Positions 16,590-20,000 of a DNA stretch of 20,000 nt are shown here, piece by piece; position 1 is the first letter of the stretch; the number at the start of each line of letters is the position of its first letter. The position numbers and the translations under genes were made by a program. The notes under the pieces are model-generated. The model ran no database searches, had not been told where the DNA came from, and saw nothing but the letters and a program-made list of their open reading frames with translations. Origin of the DNA: an uncultured virus (IMG/VR IMGVR_UViG_3300050581_000229). Lineage: Duplodnaviria; Heunggongvirae; Uroviricota; Caudoviricetes. The stretch is taken from the IMG/VR virus record IMGVR_UViG_3300050581_000229; one strand, given 5' to 3'.

Positions 16590-17109
16590 AGTAGTCTTCG
16601 CCGTTGTCGTATAGCTCAATCTTCAGGTTGTTCTCCGCGATGATTTGCTTGAAATACGGCTTCCACGGCTCCCCAATCTCACTGAACAGGCTGCAATCAA
16701 ACCCGAAATGGCTTTGCTTATCCACCGTATATATGTAGTGAACCTTCCGCGTCCCTGCCTCAACCCCAAGAGTGCAACCGTTGAACCTGTAGATAGCGCT
16801 ACACTGAATAAGTCCGCCCACTTGCTGGCTTTCCCCCAGACCTACGATGTTCGTCACCGCCTGATACGCTTCTTCCCGCTCAACGCGGAAGAAGCGGCAA
16901 TCGTCCTTCCTGGACAGGTCACTCAGGAACATGTCGCAAGCCCGAGTCGTATACGGCTGAGCCCAGCGATTTCCATCAATCAAGCTTATGAGGGCGTACT
17001 TGTCCCAATCCACACAACAACACTGCACGACATCAACGGGGAAATCGCCAATACGAACCAGAATGAAGTCGCCAACCTTGATCCTGCTATCCCAGTCAAG
17101 ACTTACCAT
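16573..17109 (-). CDS. Hypothetical protein, KVGD...YALI...GNRW domain plus C-terminal extension
   Basis: 178 aa; the N-terminal half is paralogous to 17103..17405. Confidence 0.75.
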   Translation of the reverse strand: MVSLDWDSRIKVGDFILVRIGDFPVDVVQCCCVDWDKYALISLIDGNRWAQPYTTRACDMFLSDLSRKDDCRFFRVEREEAYQAVTNIVGLGESQQVGGLIQCSAIYRFNGCTLGVEAGTRKVHYIYTVDKQSHFGFDCSLFSEIGEPWKPYFKQIIAENNLKIELYDNGEDYYERIE

Positions 17110-17405
17110 TTTGTGTCCTTACGCAACTCTTCTACCCACTCTTTTGCTTCGTGCCAGTCGATTGAGTAGTATTCCTGCTGGCCTTCGCCGATCAACATTC
17201 CCAACGTCAATGACCCGTCGCCACAGACTTCTACCATGTCGTCCCATCTATTCCCGCTTGTTACATCAATAAGCGCGTATTCTTCCGACGATACCTGGCA
17301 CACTTCAGATACGTAAGCATTAGTCGTGGAGATAATAAGAATCCAATCGCCCACCTTCACTTCGCTATCTGTCCCAAGTTTCTTTGCTTCATCCGGCATC
17401 TTCAT
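17103..17405 (-). CDS. Hypothetical protein, KVGD...YALI...GNRW domain
   Basis: 100 aa; ATGA overlap at 17402-17405. Confidence 0.75.
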   Translation of the reverse strand: MKMPDEAKKLGTDSEVKVGDWILIISTTNAYVSEVCQVSSEEYALIDVTSGNRWDDMVEVCGDGSLTLGMLIGEGQQEYYSIDWHEAKEWVEELRKDTKW

Positions 17406-17611
17406 TGGTACATCACCCACTCTGGGATGCAGGCCGCGTCGTAGTTTCGCGGTAGGCATTCCACAATCACTTCGTATGCTTCTTTACTGCTCATCCCGTA
17501 TGCCCGTAGCGCGGCAATTAGGCCAGTAACAACGCCCTGACCAAACTCTTCTGAGACGCGGGACTTCCATGAAAGCGCCATCAATACTTCCTTAATCGGC
17601 TGTGTATTCAT
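17402..17611 (-). CDS. Hypothetical protein
   Basis: Start moved to MNTQPIKE, overlapping the upstream stop. Confidence 0.55.
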   Translation of the reverse strand: MNTQPIKEVLMALSWKSRVSEEFGQGVVTGLIAALRAYGMSSKEAYEVIVECLPRNYDAACIPEWVMYQ

Positions 17612-17888
17612 TCCGCTCATTCCAACATGCGACACACATCTTGTGCCGTTCAATCGACTCTGCATCGCCTGATGTGTCGATGCTCTTCCCACACATCGGG
17701 CACTCTTCCGCGTCCATGAGACCACCGAGACTGTTGTATATCTCTTGAAGTCGCTCGATGGTATCTATCCCCGAAATATCAGTGTCTTGCGAGTATTGCA
17801 GCCAGGGAAACGCCTCTCGAAGTAGTTCGGTCACATCTCGGTTGAATCCAGTTTCAAAACCCTTAGCAATTACTTCTGCCAATGTCAT
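17592..17888 (-). CDS. Hypothetical protein with C-terminal zinc finger
   Basis: Start moved to MTLAEVIA; CPMC...CVAC. Confidence 0.65.
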   Translation of the reverse strand: MTLAEVIAKGFETGFNRDVTELLREAFPWLQYSQDTDISGIDTIERLQEIYNSLGGLMDAEECPMCGKSIDTSGDAESIERHKMCVACWNERNEYTAD

Positions 17889-17889
17889 G

Positions 17890-18165
17890 TCAATACTCAT
17901 CTGGGAATAAAATTGTTGTCGAGCTACGATCACTTTCTGTGATAATCCAGATTGTGTCGTCCCCCTTGTACACGCTGAACAACCGCTCGCCGTTGGCCAA
18001 GGACCACTCGTTCTCATCCCAATCCTCTTTGCCAACATCACCCCAATCACCAGAGATATGCCGCTCAAAGCACTGAATTACCCACGCCGCGAAGTTCTTA
18101 TCTTCTGCAACTTTGGCAGAAACCCCGCACGTCATGAGCGGCATCCCATAGCGAAACTTTGCCAT
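17890..18165 (-). CDS. Conserved mobile-element protein of the RHxxGDWGD...TTxLxPxEY family ('plasmid-related protein')
   Basis: ERHISGDWGDV..ED...NE......RLFSVY.....IWIITESDRSSTTILFPDEY is the full family signature. Confidence 0.88.
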   Translation of the reverse strand: MAKFRYGMPLMTCGVSAKVAEDKNFAAWVIQCFERHISGDWGDVGKEDWDENEWSLANGERLFSVYKGDDTIWIITESDRSSTTILFPDEY

Positions 18166-18686
18166 TACAACCTTACCGGCTCATCAGAATCATCGAAGAT
18201 GGTTCCGGCAATCTCGTCGTAGTCATCGTCGTTGTCGGCAGGATCAATCTCGTCTTCGTGTTCTTGTAGCCAGGTCAGCACCGCTTCATAAACGTCTCGC
18301 TTCTCCTGAGCTTGTCCAAGCCCAATGAGTTGCATGAGATCGTAATCATCCCCGGATTCACGCCTCACCACGTCAACGTAATCTGCCCGCGCAAGGCTAG
18401 ATGCCAACCACTTAAGTAGATCGCCGTTGTAAATGTCCGACTCTGGATCATAGTCATCTGGATCGTTGTCTGCATCAGAGAGGTAATCCAGGGCATCCAC
18501 GACATACTCGTAAATGAAGTCGTCAGGAAGCACACTACCTTTGTCGTGCGCTTCGCACACCAGATTGATTACCCAATCTGGGCGATCTTTCTTCGTCACC
18601 CAAATGTTTTCCCGCATATCTGGGTGGTCTGTACCTGTCCAATAAAACCACTTAAGCGCTTCCTCGGCGCACTTACTAATGCTCAT
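18165..18686 (-). CDS. Highly acidic protein, Ocr-like DNA-mimic candidate
   Basis: 173 aa with about 47 D/E versus about 14 K/R (manual count). ESDIYNGDLLKWLAS parallels T7 Ocr AVPHYYADIFSVMAS. AAGGAG RBS. Confidence 0.6.
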   Translation of the reverse strand: MSISKCAEEALKWFYWTGTDHPDMRENIWVTKKDRPDWVINLVCEAHDKGSVLPDDFIYEYVVDALDYLSDADNDPDDYDPESDIYNGDLLKWLASSLARADYVDVVRRESGDDYDLMQLIGLGQAQEKRDVYEAVLTWLQEHEDEIDPADNDDDYDEIAGTIFDDSDEPVRL

Positions 18687-18933
18687 CCAGCTCCTTCTCG
18701 CAATCCGGCTCATAACACTCAACGATCTCAATGTATTCCAACCCGGCAGCCTGGGCATTCCTTGGCTCGGTGTACCAATCCCGTCTCAAGCTGCCAACCC
18801 ACGCCGTCGCGCCATCGTCAACACAGGCTCTACGAAGTTCGAGCGCATCCGCCAGGGCTTCCTTGAAAGTTCTGCTGGTGGTCGCACGTTCCGGTAAACA
18901 CCCCTTAGTCCCTGAAAATACGTGGTAGTGCAT
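18676..18933 (-). CDS. Hypothetical protein, first gene after the integrase terminator
   Basis: 85 aa, 11-bp overlap with the downstream gene. Confidence 0.65.
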   Translation of the reverse strand: MHYHVFSGTKGCLPERATTSRTFKEALADALELRRACVDDGATAWVGSLRRDWYTEPRNAQAAGLEYIEIVECYEPDCEKELDEH

Positions 18934-18950
18934 ACATGATGGACGGTAGA

Positions 18951-18992
18951 GAAAAATAGAAAAGCCCCGCGAGAGATGTACTCTGCGGGGCT
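18951..18992 (-). terminator. Rho-independent terminator downstream of the integrase
   Basis: Minus strand AGCCCCGCAGAG-TACAT-CTCTCGCGGGGC followed by TTTTCTATTTTTC. Confidence 0.8.
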
Positions 18993-19013
18993 CCTGGTTG
19001 GGCTCCCAACTGA

Positions 19014-20000
19014 CTAAGCGAAGACTGAATCTTCCCGGCGTTGCCGATTTCTTATGCGGCGGGTACGTTTGAAGTCTAGACTACTTGCTGGTGAATAACG
19101 GTCATGCTTGGTCTGACGTTGTGCATCTGTTAGTTGCACATAGTGGTCTGTCATGCTCAAATTGGCATGTCCCAACGAATTCCGCAGGGTTAGTACATCC
19201 CCTCCATTCATCAACCACTTCACCGCGAAAGTGTGGCGGAATAGGTGAGGGTGCAAGCGCGGAATGCCCGCTTTCTTTCCCAAACTCTTCGTGAGATGAT
19301 CCAGAGCGTTGTATGTGAAATCCTCTCCATCGTAGGTCACGAAGACGTGTGGATTGTCGCACTCTGGCCTGTAGTAGTGTAGATAGTGCGCCAGGGCCTT
19401 CTTAGTGTTGTCCACAATCTGCACTTTCCGCTCTTTGTTGCCTTTGCCAGTTACCAGAATCTCTCCCTTTTCCAGGTCAACCCTGTCAAGAGTGAGTGTG
19501 CAAAGCTCACTAGCGCGGATTCCTGTGTCGATAAGCAACATGTAGATTGCCATATTCCGAGCACCCTTGAAGCTGTTTGGCCTAATCTGTGCGAAGAAGG
19601 ACTCTATTTCCTCATCGCTCAGTACGTCCACCACGGTCTGTGGCATCTTGGGACGCTTCAGACGTACTAGCGGGTCACTGGCAATATAGGACTCGTCGGC
19701 AAGCCACCGGCTGAACACCTTAATAACTCTCACACAGTTGTAGATTGTGCTAGGGGATAGAGGCTCGTCGTCAGCGGTTCGATAGGGATTGTTCTGATAG
19801 CGCCCGCGCCGTGATTGCAATTGAGCCACGTAGGCCCTGGCCCTTTCCAGGGTCATGTCTCTAATCGTGGCATTCTCACCAAGGAATTCTGCGAATCCAT
19901 TCAACACAAATCTGTAAAGGCGAAGACTGCGCTCCGACAACCCCTCTGTTTTCTTGGCAATGATGAAGTCATCTATGAACGTGCTAATGCGTGTGATCAT
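19014..20000 (-). CDS. Tyrosine recombinase/integrase (XerC/D-like); the start may lie beyond the window
   Basis: N-terminal core-binding domain. Catalytic residues present: R (DTGIRASE), K (GKGNKER), H-x-x-R (HLFRHTFA), LGH, Y (TDHYV). Confidence 0.95.
   Translation of the reverse strand: MITRISTFIDDFIIAKKTEGLSERSLRLYRFVLNGFAEFLGENATIRDMTLERARAYVAQLQSRRGRYQNNPYRTADDEPLSPSTIYNCVRVIKVFSRWLADESYIASDPLVRLKRPKMPQTVVDVLSDEEIESFFAQIRPNSFKGARNMAIYMLLIDTGIRASELCTLTLDRVDLEKGEILVTGKGNKERKVQIVDNTKKALAHYLHYYRPECDNPHVFVTYDGEDFTYNALDHLTKSLGKKAGIPRLHPHLFRHTFAVKWLMNGGDVLTLRNSLGHANLSMTDHYVQLTDAQRQTKHDRYSPASSLDFKRTRRIRNRQRREDSVFA

Larger units (their letters stand above)
3857..20000 (-). mobile_element. Integrated prophage-like or satellite-like element (integration, early and replication modules); boundaries not determined
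   Basis: About 30 tightly packed co-oriented small ORFs with ATGA/GTGA overlaps, plus integrase, DnaB-like helicase, prim-pol, ERF and Cas4-like nuclease. No att pair identified. Confidence 0.8.

Noticed and set aside
16005..17169. Long plus-strand ORFs 16005..16643 and 16645..17169 (also 11475..11966, 9000..9419, 4867..5265)
   Set aside because: Antisense shadows of better-supported minus-strand genes; no motifs or RBS.
17890..18165. Annotation as a type I restriction-modification M subunit
   Set aside because: Only 91 aa, with no SAM-binding or NPPF/Y motifs.
3857..18933. Many short ORFs as a sign of stop-codon reassignment or pseudogenisation
   Set aside because: The recognisable enzymes are full length in the standard code, and the short genes tile with normal coupled overlaps using all three stop codons.
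18993..19013. Minus-strand ...GGGAGCCCAACCA before a terminator as a tRNA 3' end (att site)
   Set aside because: No T-arm (GTTCRANYC) or acceptor-stem geometry; ACCA alone is insufficient.

Overview
The window has two parts. Left (1 to ~3800): the 3' end of an NspV-like type II DNA adenine methyltransferase, a Zn-ribbon/2-TM membrane gene, and a promoter-led two-gene operon of unknown function whose second product has a PD-(D/E)xK nuclease motif. This operon is the best candidate for an undescribed anti-phage system. Right (~3857 to 20000): a compact, almost entirely minus-strand prophage-like or satellite-like module. It reads from a tyrosine integrase through a cluster of small acidic putative anti-defence genes (including an Ocr-like DNA-mimic candidate), a GT2 glycosyltransferase, Cas4/RecB-like and resolvase-like nucleases, a DnaB-like helicase, a bifunctional primase-polymerase and an ERF annealing protein. 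I recognise no capsid, portal, large terminase, tail or lysis genes. All family calls come from motif recognition by eye, not database searches. Many starts were moved to the likely coupled start codon. A Chloroflexota-like host is only a guess.
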